Source: a virus. From it: a stretch of 64,000 bases of DNA. Location: the IMG/VR virus record IMGVR_UViG_3300023174_000056, positions 1 to 64,000 of that record. One strand, given 5' to 3'. Positions 36,166 through 45,850 of the stretch are shown here, piece by piece (the stretch's first letter is position 1; every line of letters begins with the position of its first letter). The notes under the pieces are model-generated. The model was given only the letters and a program-made list of their open reading frames with translations, was not told the DNA's origin and ran no database searches. Both the position numbers and the translations under genes were made by a program.

Positions 36166-36564
36166 TTAACCCTTTTTGAGAAGCCAAGAAGAGCTTTGTA
36201 TTTTTTCTCCTAGCCCGTCTACCATTTCTATTCCTAATTCTTGACAAATCTTAGCCTCTGGTATTTCTGATGAAAACCTATCGCCCCCCTTGGCAAAAAT
36301 GTTAGGCTTCACCAGAGCTAAAGTATCGCACACCGTGCCATCCTTGTCAATCGAAAGAATAACTTCGTCCACGCAGCGGAGAGCAGCGACGATTTCCATA
36401 CGCTCGTCTTCTTTCATGAATTCTTTAGAGCCTTTTAAAGATCTTTGGTGGTCGCTATTAACAATAACAACTAAGTGATCTCCTAATTGTTTTGCTTTTT
36501 CTAGGTATTCTACGTGTCCTTTATGGAGTGGGTTAAAATAACCACTTGTTGCTATTTTTTTCAT
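36166..36564 (-). CDS. HIGH-family cytidylyl/adenylyltransferase (TagD/RfaE-like)
   Basis: SGYFNPLHKGH, VDEV, KGGD, SSS. Confidence 0.9.
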   Translation of the reverse strand: MKKIATSGYFNPLHKGHVEYLEKAKQLGDHLVVIVNSDHQRSLKGSKEFMKEDERMEIVAALRCVDEVILSIDKDGTVCDTLALVKPNIFAKGGDRFSSEIPEAKICQELGIEMVDGLGEKIQSSSWLLKKG

Positions 36565-36905
36565 TTAACTCTCCCATAAATGTCATCAAATCTTTGTATG
36601 TCGTCCTCACCAAAATAAGTACCAGTTTGTACTTCAACAAACTCAAGATTATTTTTACCAATATTTTCTATTCTGTGCATAAAACCAACAGGTACAATAA
36701 CGGTATTCCCTGTTTTTACTTCCCAATCATTTCCATTAACGTGAACGTTCCCTGTACCAGCAACAACAACCCAAATTTCACTTCTTTTTTGATGCTTTTG
36801 CAAACTAATTTTTTGTCCAGGGTTAACTACAATACGCTTTACTTTATGCGTTTCGGTATCTTCTAAAATAATGTAATGTCCCCAAGGTCTTTCTGTTTTT
36901 TCCAT
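36561..36905 (-). CDS. Mannose-6-phosphate isomerase cupin domain
   Basis: RPWG, SLQKH..RSE.W, EVQTG.YFGEDDI.RFDD.YGR. Confidence 0.92.
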   Translation of the reverse strand: MEKTERPWGHYIILEDTETHKVKRIVVNPGQKISLQKHQKRSEIWVVVAGTGNVHVNGNDWEVKTGNTVIVPVGFMHRIENIGKNNLEFVEVQTGTYFGEDDIQRFDDIYGRVK

Positions 36906-36909
36906 ATTT

Positions 36910-39900
36910 TTATCCTAATAGTTTGAAATTGTATTTAATACTTCTCGTGCTAAATCCCCAGTCGTCTTTTTGTAATTTTCCAAGATATGGTCTGTTTTTC
37001 CAAATTTTATCTTTTTTAGGATCAACACCCCAACACTTAATATTAGTAATTTTGTTAGTTGTGTCAGTAACTTCAAGAACCCAATAAAGTTTACCATTTT
37101 TAGTTTTCTTTTCTATTATATTTCTAGGAATAAACCAAACAACTTCTCCTAGTTCCTGTTCGTTTTCTCCAATTGATGGAATGTATTTCTCTTCTAATCT
37201 TTTAAGAATTTGCGGATCCATTACAAGATTGATTGGATAGATACCAGACAAGGATGTAAGATTATCAATCTTTTCCTCTAATGTAAAATCTCCTTCTGGT
37301 TTATATTTTTCAATATTTTCATCAAGCTTCTTTTTTGTCTTTGGCCGGTCAACAACGCAAGCAGACCAAAAATGCTTCAAGCCTGTAAAACGTTTATCTA
37401 CCAGCGATGTTAGAGCTTCACTTCTTGTAAGTGAATCGAGTGCTTTCTTATTAAGCTTGCTATATGTAACTTCTGGGTGGAACAGCAAATCTTCAGCCGT
37501 TTTGAACGGACGGTATTTCATAATCTGTTCAATCGCCGTATCTCCTAAACCCTTGATTGACGACAGCGGTTGAATAAGTGTTTTGGCATCGTTTACGTCT
37601 ACTTCCCATTTAACACCAGATTTATTGATATCAAGGTTTCTTACAGTGAATCCAAAAGATTTAGCAGTTGCGATTGCCGCTTCCTTGCGCTCTTCTGGTT
37701 CTTTATCAAGGAATGCCGCAAGCCATTCAGCTGGAAAATGGTAGAAGAGGTAAGCACACTGATAAGATAGAATTGAGTAACAGACAGCGTGGCTAAGATT
37801 AAAGCCATATCCCGAGAAGAATTCCATAGTTTTCCAGAGATTAATTGCATCGACTTCTGCAATTGATTTTTCTTTGCATCCTTCAATGAATTTTCCATAT
37901 AGTTTTTCCTTTACTTGCGCTTCCTTACCAGTGCCTTTTTTAGTTAGAACTTTACGTAATTCGTTACCTTCATCAAGAGTAATATCCTTGCCAAGCTTGT
38001 GTGCAAGTAGCGACAATTGTTCTTGGAAGACAATAAATCCATAAGTCTCTTCAGTTACTTCTCTGACTAAATCATGGATATATTGAATATTGCTTGGATC
38101 ATTTTTAGCTTCAATATATTTGTTATGAACATTCGCAGATAATGGCCCAGGTCGATAAATTGAGGTAATAGCAGCAATATCTACAATATTTTTTGGTTTT
38201 GCATCCATACAGAATTTTCTGGCTCCATGATTTGTGAACTGGAACGTCCCACAAAAATTGCCTTCTTGGAATACATGTTCATAAACTTTTTCATCGTTGA
38301 GGTTGATCTTTTCTGGGCTTAGGAAGTTGTCGTAATACTTCTTAATATCTTTAAAAGTCGGCTCTTTAACTCCGTGATGACGCTTCAAAATATGCTCGAT
38401 ACAAGTTTCGATCATTCTAAGAGAAGCAAGACCAAGAACGTCAAACTTAATAAAACCAAGTGGTTCCAAATGACGAACTGTTTGCCCCTCAGTCCAAGGC
38501 GTTTGAACAACGCCGCCGCTGTTGATTAGCGGCATTTTTTCATTCAAGTTGTCGGCAAATAGAACACCACCAGCATGGCGAGAAATTGAACGAATTTGAC
38601 CTTGCAAGTTTTCAACGTGTGTCGCAACATGTGGATATTTTGTTAAGAACCCTAGCAATGATGGTGAATGCTGTTTGAGTTCATCCCACGTTGGATTATA
38701 AACACCAGCAGTAATGCCATGTAATTGCTTGCAAATTGGAGTTGCTTCACTTAACATTTTGCTAGTTACTTCATTCACTTCTTGGAAGTTAATATCATAA
38801 AGTTTAGAAATATCCTTTATTAGCGAACGAATTTGTAGTGTGTTGTAGTTTGAAATCGGAACAACGCAGTTTTCACCAAATTCTTTAATCATTGCTTCTT
38901 TAATTTCCATTGGATCGGAAACGTCGAAGTCAATATCTGGGTAATCTTTAGCATTCTTACGAATAAAACGTGAGAACTGGAGCTTGTATTTGATTGGATC
39001 AACTTCTGTAATGTTTAACAAATATGAAACTAGCGAGCCAGCACCAGAGCCACGACCTGCGCCACACAATTGTTTTTCTTTTGACTTGTCAGCAATTGTT
39101 TTCATAGTCAAGAAATACTTAGAAAATCCACGATCCTTAATTGTGTGCAATTCTTCCTTGAGGCGAGCGACATATTCGCTATCCTTGTGAAGATTGTTTT
39201 TCTTTAGATTTTCAATAGCAATTTTTACCAAAGTATCATCAGCCGTTTCGCCTTCTGGGACGACGAAAGACGGAAGTTTGATGGTTGTATCTGGCGTATA
39301 ATTTTCAATACGATTTTCTAGAATCTCTGACGTTCTTTCAATGCTGTCAGCAATAAGCTGATCGTCATAAGCAAAGCCCAGCTTTTTAGAAGTAAGTTTA
39401 TAGAATTCATATAGTTGATCGCCATTCTTTGGATAAAGTTGATAAGCCATTTCATCCAATGAAACAGGAAGATTGCCAATGCTCAGTTCATCCTTGTTCT
39501 TTCCAAGCCAACCAAGCATTTTATAGATTTCACGATCCTTCCACATGTCTGGAGAAGGGTAATGGGCATCGCAAGTCGTGATTAATTGGAAGCCATATTG
39601 TTTAGAAAGTTGAATAATGAATTGATTGATCTTGTGTTGGTCTGGATTCATAGCCCATTGAAGTTCGCCATAGAAGCGATCTCCAAAGATATCCATCATT
39701 TTTTCGACTGTCTTAGCCATCGCTCCAAGAACTGCACTATCGCCATTGTCACGATTGCGCCAATAATCATTCCCAAGAATACCACCAATACAAGCGGAAG
39801 ATGCAATAATACCATTGCTATGACGCTTGAGAAGATCATAATCCATCCTAGGGAAGCGGTAAAAATTATCCCCACGATAGGAGTCGCTAACCATTTTGAA

Positions 39901-40344
39901 AAGATTGTTAAGACCCTCTTGATTGATTGCGTTAAGGACAAGGTGACTTCTTTGGTTGAGCGTACCATGTTTACCCTTCTTTGTTTCACTTTCGTCTTCT
40001 ACAACAAGTCCAACGTCATCATCAACTTGTTTTGCAAGTTTGGCGTCTTCCTTGTGCTTTTCTTTATCTTTTTTCCAATCTGGAATCGATGGATGTATGT
40101 AAGCTTCAATACCATAAATAACCTTGAAATCGGTTTTGCCTTCATCCTTCATCTTTTTAGACTTCATCATTGCATATGAAAATGAATTCATATTACCATG
40201 ATTGGTAAAAGCCATACCATCAAGACCATTGCTATATGCAAAATCAATATGTTCGTCTGGAAAACCCATTCCATCAAAAATACTGAAAGTATCGTGTCCG
40301 TGAAGATTTGTAAATTTTAGTGATGGTTTCTTACGCTCTGTCAT
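36910..40344 (-). CDS. dnaE: DNA polymerase III alpha subunit
   Basis: PHP domain, GRGSGAGSLV, PDIDFD, RHAGG, KFDVLGL, YGFN.SH; no intein seen. Confidence 0.96.
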   Translation of the reverse strand: MTERKKPSLKFTNLHGHDTFSIFDGMGFPDEHIDFAYSNGLDGMAFTNHGNMNSFSYAMMKSKKMKDEGKTDFKVIYGIEAYIHPSIPDWKKDKEKHKEDAKLAKQVDDDVGLVVEDESETKKGKHGTLNQRSHLVLNAINQEGLNNLFKMVSDSYRGDNFYRFPRMDYDLLKRHSNGIIASSACIGGILGNDYWRNRDNGDSAVLGAMAKTVEKMMDIFGDRFYGELQWAMNPDQHKINQFIIQLSKQYGFQLITTCDAHYPSPDMWKDREIYKMLGWLGKNKDELSIGNLPVSLDEMAYQLYPKNGDQLYEFYKLTSKKLGFAYDDQLIADSIERTSEILENRIENYTPDTTIKLPSFVVPEGETADDTLVKIAIENLKKNNLHKDSEYVARLKEELHTIKDRGFSKYFLTMKTIADKSKEKQLCGAGRGSGAGSLVSYLLNITEVDPIKYKLQFSRFIRKNAKDYPDIDFDVSDPMEIKEAMIKEFGENCVVPISNYNTLQIRSLIKDISKLYDINFQEVNEVTSKMLSEATPICKQLHGITAGVYNPTWDELKQHSPSLLGFLTKYPHVATHVENLQGQIRSISRHAGGVLFADNLNEKMPLINSGGVVQTPWTEGQTVRHLEPLGFIKFDVLGLASLRMIETCIEHILKRHHGVKEPTFKDIKKYYDNFLSPEKINLNDEKVYEHVFQEGNFCGTFQFTNHGARKFCMDAKPKNIVDIAAITSIYRPGPLSANVHNKYIEAKNDPSNIQYIHDLVREVTEETYGFIVFQEQLSLLAHKLGKDITLDEGNELRKVLTKKGTGKEAQVKEKLYGKFIEGCKEKSIAEVDAINLWKTMEFFSGYGFNLSHAVCYSILSYQCAYLFYHFPAEWLAAFLDKEPEERKEAAIATAKSFGFTVRNLDINKSGVKWEVDVNDAKTLIQPLSSIKGLGDTAIEQIMKYRPFKTAEDLLFHPEVTYSKLNKKALDSLTRSEALTSLVDKRFTGLKHFWSACVVDRPKTKKKLDENIEKYKPEGDFTLEEKIDNLTSLSGIYPINLVMDPQILKRLEEKYIPSIGENEQELGEVVWFIPRNIIEKKTKNGKLYWVLEVTDTTNKITNIKCWGVDPKKDKIWKNRPYLGKLQKDDWGFSTRSIKYNFKLLG

Positions 40345-40394
40345 TTTTTCTCCACTCAATAAAATAATGAGCTGCTACGTTGCCTATGAAAAGT

Positions 40395-40423
40395 ATACTA
40401 ACACGCCATAAAAATTCTTGCAA
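40395..40423 (-). promoter_or_regulatory. Sigma70 promoter upstream of dnaE
   Basis: TTGCAA-N17-TAGTAT with TGn. Confidence 0.65.
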
Positions 40424-40433
40424 GGTGAATGTA

Positions 40434-41267
40434 TCATACATTTTCACCTCTTTTTTTAAACATGTGGATTGCATAGTCCACTGGTTGTCCAAGTGTGCCG
40501 CTCTCGTAATCTTCTGGTTCGGTGTTTTCGTGAGTGATGCCTAGCTTTTCATAAAAAAGTAAAATATCTTCTTTTTTAATTGCATTCTTATTACGAAGAA
40601 TACTTTTTACATTACTCATATCCGTACTTTTATTATTACATGATTCTAGTAATTTTGCTAAAACCTGTTCATAATTTGAAGGCCATAAAGAATAATCAGT
40701 TCCTAAATATTTCTTTAATCTCCAAGGAAAATATTTACCAGATAAATTATCTACACGAATAATTTTCTGATCTTCTAACCCTTCCCAACCATCGACCATC
40801 CAAATAAATTTACCATCAGTGGCAATTTTACAATTAGCAATATCAAAACGATTTAGAACTTCTTCTGGCGAACCCGTACTTTTGGCAATAAATTGGAACT
40901 TAACAACAGCTGGTTTTTTCATGCTGTTTAATCTCAAGCCGCCATTTCCCTCATATGCAAAACCAGTTACGCTGTTTGGAGCAAATGTAGAGGGTCTAGG
41001 GATAAACGTTCCAACGTGCTTGGTAAAATATTCAAAAGCTTCTTGAGCGTGCTGCTCAGAGTAGAAAAAGAAATCAATATCTCCTGCTGATAATCCGTCT
41101 TTGATAGTTTCTATAACACTACCATTCTTAATTACCTTACGTAGAAATCCACCCGCTAGATAACCTCCGTTAATAAAATAGTTTGATTGGCTATCATAAA
41201 ACTCCATGAAATCTGGGACTTTACCTAATAGCCACGAAATATCTTTTTTAATAACACTAGTTGCCAT
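40434..41267 (-). CDS. Pol-beta-superfamily nucleotidyltransferase (CCA/polyA head-like)
   Basis: YLAGGFLR, GDIDFF, RFDI. Confidence 0.75.
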   Translation of the reverse strand: MATSVIKKDISWLLGKVPDFMEFYDSQSNYFINGGYLAGGFLRKVIKNGSVIETIKDGLSAGDIDFFFYSEQHAQEAFEYFTKHVGTFIPRPSTFAPNSVTGFAYEGNGGLRLNSMKKPAVVKFQFIAKSTGSPEEVLNRFDIANCKIATDGKFIWMVDGWEGLEDQKIIRVDNLSGKYFPWRLKKYLGTDYSLWPSNYEQVLAKLLESCNNKSTDMSNVKSILRNKNAIKKEDILLFYEKLGITHENTEPEDYESGTLGQPVDYAIHMFKKRGENV

Positions 41268-41428
41268 TTTTCAAATCCTTTTCAAAGTTTTCAATTAGTT
41301 TAATTGCTTCAAACAACTCTTTCGTTGGCTCACCAATAAATTCACCATCATATCCACTGTTGCGCAATCTTTTTGCTGCAAAATAACAACGGTATAATAC
41401 ATCGTTGTATCGGTCAAGTCTATCGAAA

Positions 41429-42349
41429 TTAATCTTCAGATTGTCGTATTTGTTCTTCCAGTCTTCCTTGTTTTTGCTCATCCATATCTCTTTCAGTTGG
41501 AAATATTTTTCTTTTTTCTTTAATAAAGACTTCTTTATGTCTTTTTAATTGTAAGGCTTGCTGACTCGAAGTATATTTACAATATTTTTCCCACGAACTG
41601 ATCTCATGGAACCAAGGTAACTCTACCACAGAGTTACTACCCGTGTCAAGAGGCTCAAATATTTCTTGTAGAGAAAATTCTCTAGCATCCTTTTCTTTTC
41701 TTTTTTCCCAATCTTCTATATTTTTTTTCTTAACTATATCTCTACAATTTTTATAATCTTTTGCATCGAATGTAAATGGGAGATGGAAACCGTCTTTAAT
41801 GGTTTTATTTTCATAAGAAAAAAAAGTTTGCTTTTCTGATCTTAAAAAGTTTTGTCTTTCTGATTTAATTGCCTCTGGTGGAACTATGCCGTAAGGAAAC
41901 GAGCAAAAAAATCTTGTTGGAGCAGTCCATTTACTAATAAAGCAAGAAACTCTAAAAGCAGAATCTGCACCGTGTAAAACACTCCATCCTAAAGAATCCC
42001 TTCTATCATAATCTTTTGGTAGGATTGGAACATAAAAAATTGGTATGTGTTTTCTTATGCTGGAATATTTATAAGTCTCGCTTGCTACTTCATTTGCTGG
42101 GTCTAGTACATAATCTCCAAGCCTGTGCCTTACCAGTGGAGTTATGCCTTTATGACCCACTATCCATATTGTTTCACAACCAGCAATTGCACATTGATAA
42201 ACAGATTGTTCTACCGCTAAATAATCAGGTGCCACTGGCATTAAGGAATCATGCCAAGGCATTCGAAAATCTAAAATTTTTCCACCAATAGGAACAATAC
42301 CAGCTAAGTGGTCAATTTGATTGTACTTGTAATTTTTGTATTTCGCCAT
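41429..42349 (-). CDS. Divergent sugar-phosphate nucleotidyltransferase-fold protein
   Basis: AGIVPIGG...LMPV...AGCETIWIV; canonical GxGTR motif eroded. Confidence 0.6.
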   Translation of the reverse strand: MAKYKNYKYNQIDHLAGIVPIGGKILDFRMPWHDSLMPVAPDYLAVEQSVYQCAIAGCETIWIVGHKGITPLVRHRLGDYVLDPANEVASETYKYSSIRKHIPIFYVPILPKDYDRRDSLGWSVLHGADSAFRVSCFISKWTAPTRFFCSFPYGIVPPEAIKSERQNFLRSEKQTFFSYENKTIKDGFHLPFTFDAKDYKNCRDIVKKKNIEDWEKRKEKDAREFSLQEIFEPLDTGSNSVVELPWFHEISSWEKYCKYTSSQQALQLKRHKEVFIKEKRKIFPTERDMDEQKQGRLEEQIRQSED

Positions 42350-43136
42350 ATAATTCCTCTTTTAAAGTTGGTGCAGGAACATTATACAGCAATTGTATAT
42401 TGTTTGGAAGATCTTTATAGATTAAAGTATAGGAAGGATATATAAATCGGCATATTGATTCAAGTTTTATTTTCTTGAAGTATCCATTTGTTTTATCCCA
42501 TCGTCCTTTTATTCCTGCTTTTTCCATGAAATGTGCGGTTTTCATTCTTGCAGCTATTTCTGAGCAGTCGAATCTTTCCATGTCCTCTTGCTTTATATAT
42601 GATAGAGCAACGCAGTCTTTTTTATTATCCGTATTCTTATAAAAGAAACGACTAGATAATTCAAACTTTATTTTTTTAACAAAGTTATCGCCATCAGTAT
42701 CTAATTCCCAATAATCATGGTAAAGGCCAGAGCGAACGCTTATTGTATCTGCAACAAGATTTATATGATTATGTGTTTCATACTCTGGTGGCATTCCTTC
42801 TAAATTTATTGCACCAGCATTTGTAACCCACAATTTATTGAATTTTATGTTAATAACAAAATTTTGTGTTGTTATTAATTTTAAATTATTGTTATCCTCT
42901 AGTCTTGCAGAATATGCATTTTGTGTTGGGAATAATCCAAGTAAAGAAATTCTAGAATATAAATTCTCGTATTCCTTTCTTTTTATCTGTGGGTCTACAA
43001 AATCATAATTTGGAGGAAAATTAATTGAACTAATCGTATAAAATAACGGTATATTTTTTGTATAAGCAAAACGAAGCGAGTCTAGATTTAGACCGAAGAT
43101 TATCTCATCGTATTCTAATTCTAAGACTCGCTGCAT
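42312..43136 (-). CDS. Hypothetical protein (possible degenerate FAD-binding fold)
   Basis: YDEIIFG N-terminal strand; no intact GxGxxG. Confidence 0.55.
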   Translation of the reverse strand: MQRVLELEYDEIIFGLNLDSLRFAYTKNIPLFYTISSINFPPNYDFVDPQIKRKEYENLYSRISLLGLFPTQNAYSARLEDNNNLKLITTQNFVINIKFNKLWVTNAGAINLEGMPPEYETHNHINLVADTISVRSGLYHDYWELDTDGDNFVKKIKFELSSRFFYKNTDNKKDCVALSYIKQEDMERFDCSEIAARMKTAHFMEKAGIKGRWDKTNGYFKKIKLESICRFIYPSYTLIYKDLPNNIQLLYNVPAPTLKEELYGEIQKLQVQSN

Positions 43137-43145
43137 TTTTAAATA

Positions 43146-43613
43146 CTATTTTCCTTCTAGGGCATTATTTACGGCTTTAGCTTTACTGTCAATGTCTCCA
43201 TCGCCAAAACCATCCCTTACTGGGGTATTTTTAACTGTCCATTCAGCAAGAGCTTTTGTAAAAACAAAGCGATTGTGATTTTCTTTGTAAATATCAGTAG
43301 ATGCCACAGTAGCTCTTACAGCAACTGTCCCTGGCTTTCTCTTCCAAAACATTAACATATAAACAAAGTTCATAAATAGACGCTTCCAATTTACTTGGTA
43401 TTTTCTACGATATACACGCCTTACTTCAATTACTTCTTCAAGTTCAAAAGCCTTTAAAAAAGAAGGTAGATTACGTTTTTTATTAAAACCGCTGCAATCT
43501 CCACACAACATAAAAAGATCATCAGTTTTAAGATTGATGGATTTATATAGTGCTTCTTCTTTCTCGCTTAATTTTTTAATTGCTTTATTGCATTTTTTAC
43601 AATTTAGTTCCAT
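43146..43613 (-). CDS. Hypothetical Zn-finger protein
   Basis: CKKC, CGDC. Confidence 0.6.
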   Translation of the reverse strand: MELNCKKCNKAIKKLSEKEEALYKSINLKTDDLFMLCGDCSGFNKKRNLPSFLKAFELEEVIEVRRVYRRKYQVNWKRLFMNFVYMLMFWKRKPGTVAVRATVASTDIYKENHNRFVFTKALAEWTVKNTPVRDGFGDGDIDSKAKAVNNALEGK

Positions 43614-44292
43614 TTTTTACCTCGTTATATGCTTTAATTGTTTCTGGAAACAAATCCTCAAGAATTTTTAGCATTGCTTCAGCAACTTTTTGGATTTCAA
43701 GTTGCGCTCCTTCGTGAGAGCGTAATTCAATAAACTTGAGAATGTTGTTAAGATTTGCACTTGCGTAATATTCAGTGTACATATTTTGTGGAAGAATTCC
43801 ACGGGCTTGTTCACGGCATACACCTTTTCGCATCATTTCTTCGTAGAGAAACACAGCAGCCAAATGGTGATCTCTGATAGCTCTTGAAGCTGTAACTTCT
43901 CCAAGTTCATAAACAATTGGATCAATTAAATCATCTTCATTGCTAGCCTGACGGTTTTTTTCATGTTGAGTTCTGAACTTCATTGGTTCATAAAATTCTA
44001 GATTCTCCGCTGTATAGCGACGAGAGATTTCATTGTATGACCAAGTACGATGCCGGTGATGCTGCGAACGGATAAAGAGCGGAACCTTTACCCGAAACGT
44101 AACAAAACAATGCTCTAACGTGCTTGTGTGCTTATGCTTAATAAGATAACGAATAAGTTTACGATCCTTGTCGTCTAGTTCAGATTTATGAACCCCAAAT
44201 GATACCCGAGCAGAATTAACAATAGTAAGGTCTGAACCGATAGAGTCAACAAGTTCAACTTTTCCAATCCCATCTCCATATATATCAATCAT
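43597..44292 (-). CDS. thyX: FAD-dependent thymidylate synthase
   Basis: ARVS, H.S.LEH, RHRTWSYNEISRRY, EQARGILP, AQLEI. Confidence 0.97.
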   Translation of the reverse strand: MIDIYGDGIGKVELVDSIGSDLTIVNSARVSFGVHKSELDDKDRKLIRYLIKHKHTSTLEHCFVTFRVKVPLFIRSQHHRHRTWSYNEISRRYTAENLEFYEPMKFRTQHEKNRQASNEDDLIDPIVYELGEVTASRAIRDHHLAAVFLYEEMMRKGVCREQARGILPQNMYTEYYASANLNNILKFIELRSHEGAQLEIQKVAEAMLKILEDLFPETIKAYNEVKNGTKL

Positions 44293-44294
44293 TA

Positions 44295-44588
44295 TTATAC
44301 CTTTACAACCACGCCATAAACAACGTGTTCTGGGACTACTGATACTTTCAGTCCATCGAATTCAACTGTTTCAATATTATGAGAGGGTACTAAAAGATAT
44401 GAACCCTCATCTTTTGAATAATCTGAACCTTTTGCAGCGGAAACTAATTTAACAACAGCTAGCGGGCTGCTCTGCCGTTTATATTCTGGTGGCAGAACAA
44501 AACCGCTAAATGTTGTATTAGTATTATCCTCTGCTTTTTCTTCTGGCAATTCCACATGAAGGTACTTGTTGCGAGGATAAAAATACAT
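44295..44588 (-). CDS. Co-chaperonin GroES-like protein
   Basis: FYPRNKYLHVE, SGFVLP mobile loop, EHVVYGVV. Confidence 0.75.
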   Translation of the reverse strand: MYFYPRNKYLHVELPEEKAEDNTNTTFSGFVLPPEYKRQSSPLAVVKLVSAAKGSDYSKDEGSYLLVPSHNIETVEFDGLKVSVVPEHVVYGVVVKV

Positions 44589-44851
44589 TATGCACCTTTA
44601 ACTTTCTTGTACATTTCTAGAAGAGCATCCATGTCTGTTTCATCTTTTACAAGGCGCATCGCCTTGGTTAGATTGCTCATCTCGTTCTTATCTAGCCAAC
44701 CATTTTCGACATAGTTCTTCTTTAGATCTCTACGTTGATCCTTGAATGGCTCCATAGCTTGTTCGACCGCACGCATTGATTTTACGAAATCTTTAACTCT
44801 CTCTTCTTTGCTCTTTGGCTTCTCGTCGCTAACACCCATCACTGATCCCAT
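44588..44851 (-). CDS. GapR/DUF2312 or T4 DsbA-like dsDNA-binding protein
   Basis: Helical pattern FV....VE....FKD...DL......G.D...L. Confidence 0.5.
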   Translation of the reverse strand: MGSVMGVSDEKPKSKEERVKDFVKSMRAVEQAMEPFKDQRRDLKKNYVENGWLDKNEMSNLTKAMRLVKDETDMDALLEMYKKVKGA

Positions 44852-45088
44852 TTTATTCTCCGTTTAATTTAGAAGCTAGCTTGTCTAGCTGTCTGTCTAA
44901 GATACCACGCTGTTCGTACTCTGTCAAGTCATCTAGGTCGAATTTAATTCCGGTGTCCTTACCTTCTACAAAGATCTTACGGTATAACGCCATCTCTTCA
45001 GAAGAATAATAGCCTTCTTTAGATAATTCTATTTTTTTGCTTAACCGCTTTGTTAATTCTTTTTCTAAAAATTCTTTATTCAACTTCT

Positions 45089-45793
45089 TCACTTTGTCTC
45101 CAAAATTAGATGCAATTGTCCTGGACTTTGAATACTATACCACTCTCCATCCCCGATGTCAACTATATCTTTGACGATATCATAGTCATTTCCATTTTTG
45201 TCCGTTCTATCGCCAAAGAACAAAATCTTTCCACCAATATTTTTACGAATCCATTTTGATGCTAGACTTTTATTATTTCCTTTGTTCTGGATGTCGATGC
45301 TGATTTGACCACCAATTCTTGCTTCTAATGTATCAAAATTAGAATTAATAAAGTTGGTAATAGTTCTACGTTCATTATTTTTCAAATCATAAAGATAATA
45401 TTGCTCCCTTTCTTCATTTGAAGAATTGCGGCCAGCAATTGAAAAATTCAACATTCCTTTGCGATATTCAAAATTGTTTGAACGTTTTGGTGAGTATGCA
45501 GAATGCATGAGAAATATATTTAAATATTCTAAAACTTTTTCTGGTAATTCTAGCTCGTTTGAATATACTAACTTACCCTTAATATAAAATTCATTCGCCA
45601 TAGAACAAAATATACCAGCACAACTATCAATAATTCTTTGTGATAGTTGTTCTTTTACTTTTTTCATGTCACTACCAGTTACAAGATACACGCTTTTATC
45701 TTGCATCCAATTAAAGAAAAAGTCTTCAAATTTTGGATCTATCGGCTGTCTTGGTAATGTTAAAGTGCCATCAATATCAAATAAATAATTCAT
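45089..45793 (-). CDS. Phosphomannomutase, HAD IIB (eukaryotic-type PMM)
   Basis: LFDIDGTLT.PR, VTGSD, MLNFSIAGRN, GGQISIDI, FFGD...GNDY. Confidence 0.9.
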   Translation of the reverse strand: MNYLFDIDGTLTLPRQPIDPKFEDFFFNWMQDKSVYLVTGSDMKKVKEQLSQRIIDSCAGIFCSMANEFYIKGKLVYSNELELPEKVLEYLNIFLMHSAYSPKRSNNFEYRKGMLNFSIAGRNSSNEEREQYYLYDLKNNERRTITNFINSNFDTLEARIGGQISIDIQNKGNNKSLASKWIRKNIGGKILFFGDRTDKNGNDYDIVKDIVDIGDGEWYSIQSPGQLHLILETK

Positions 45794-45798
45794 AAAAG

Positions 45799-45842
45799 AA
45801 CCCCTCTGTGACTTTTATATCACAGAGGGGTTTGAGTGTAAA
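45799..45842 (-). promoter_or_regulatory. Overlapping terminator hairpin, promoter and RBS
   Basis: TTTACA-N17-TATAAA with the -10 in the loop of AACCCCTCTGTGA/TCACAGAGGGGTT. Confidence 0.75.
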
Positions 45843-45850
45843 GAGCCTAA

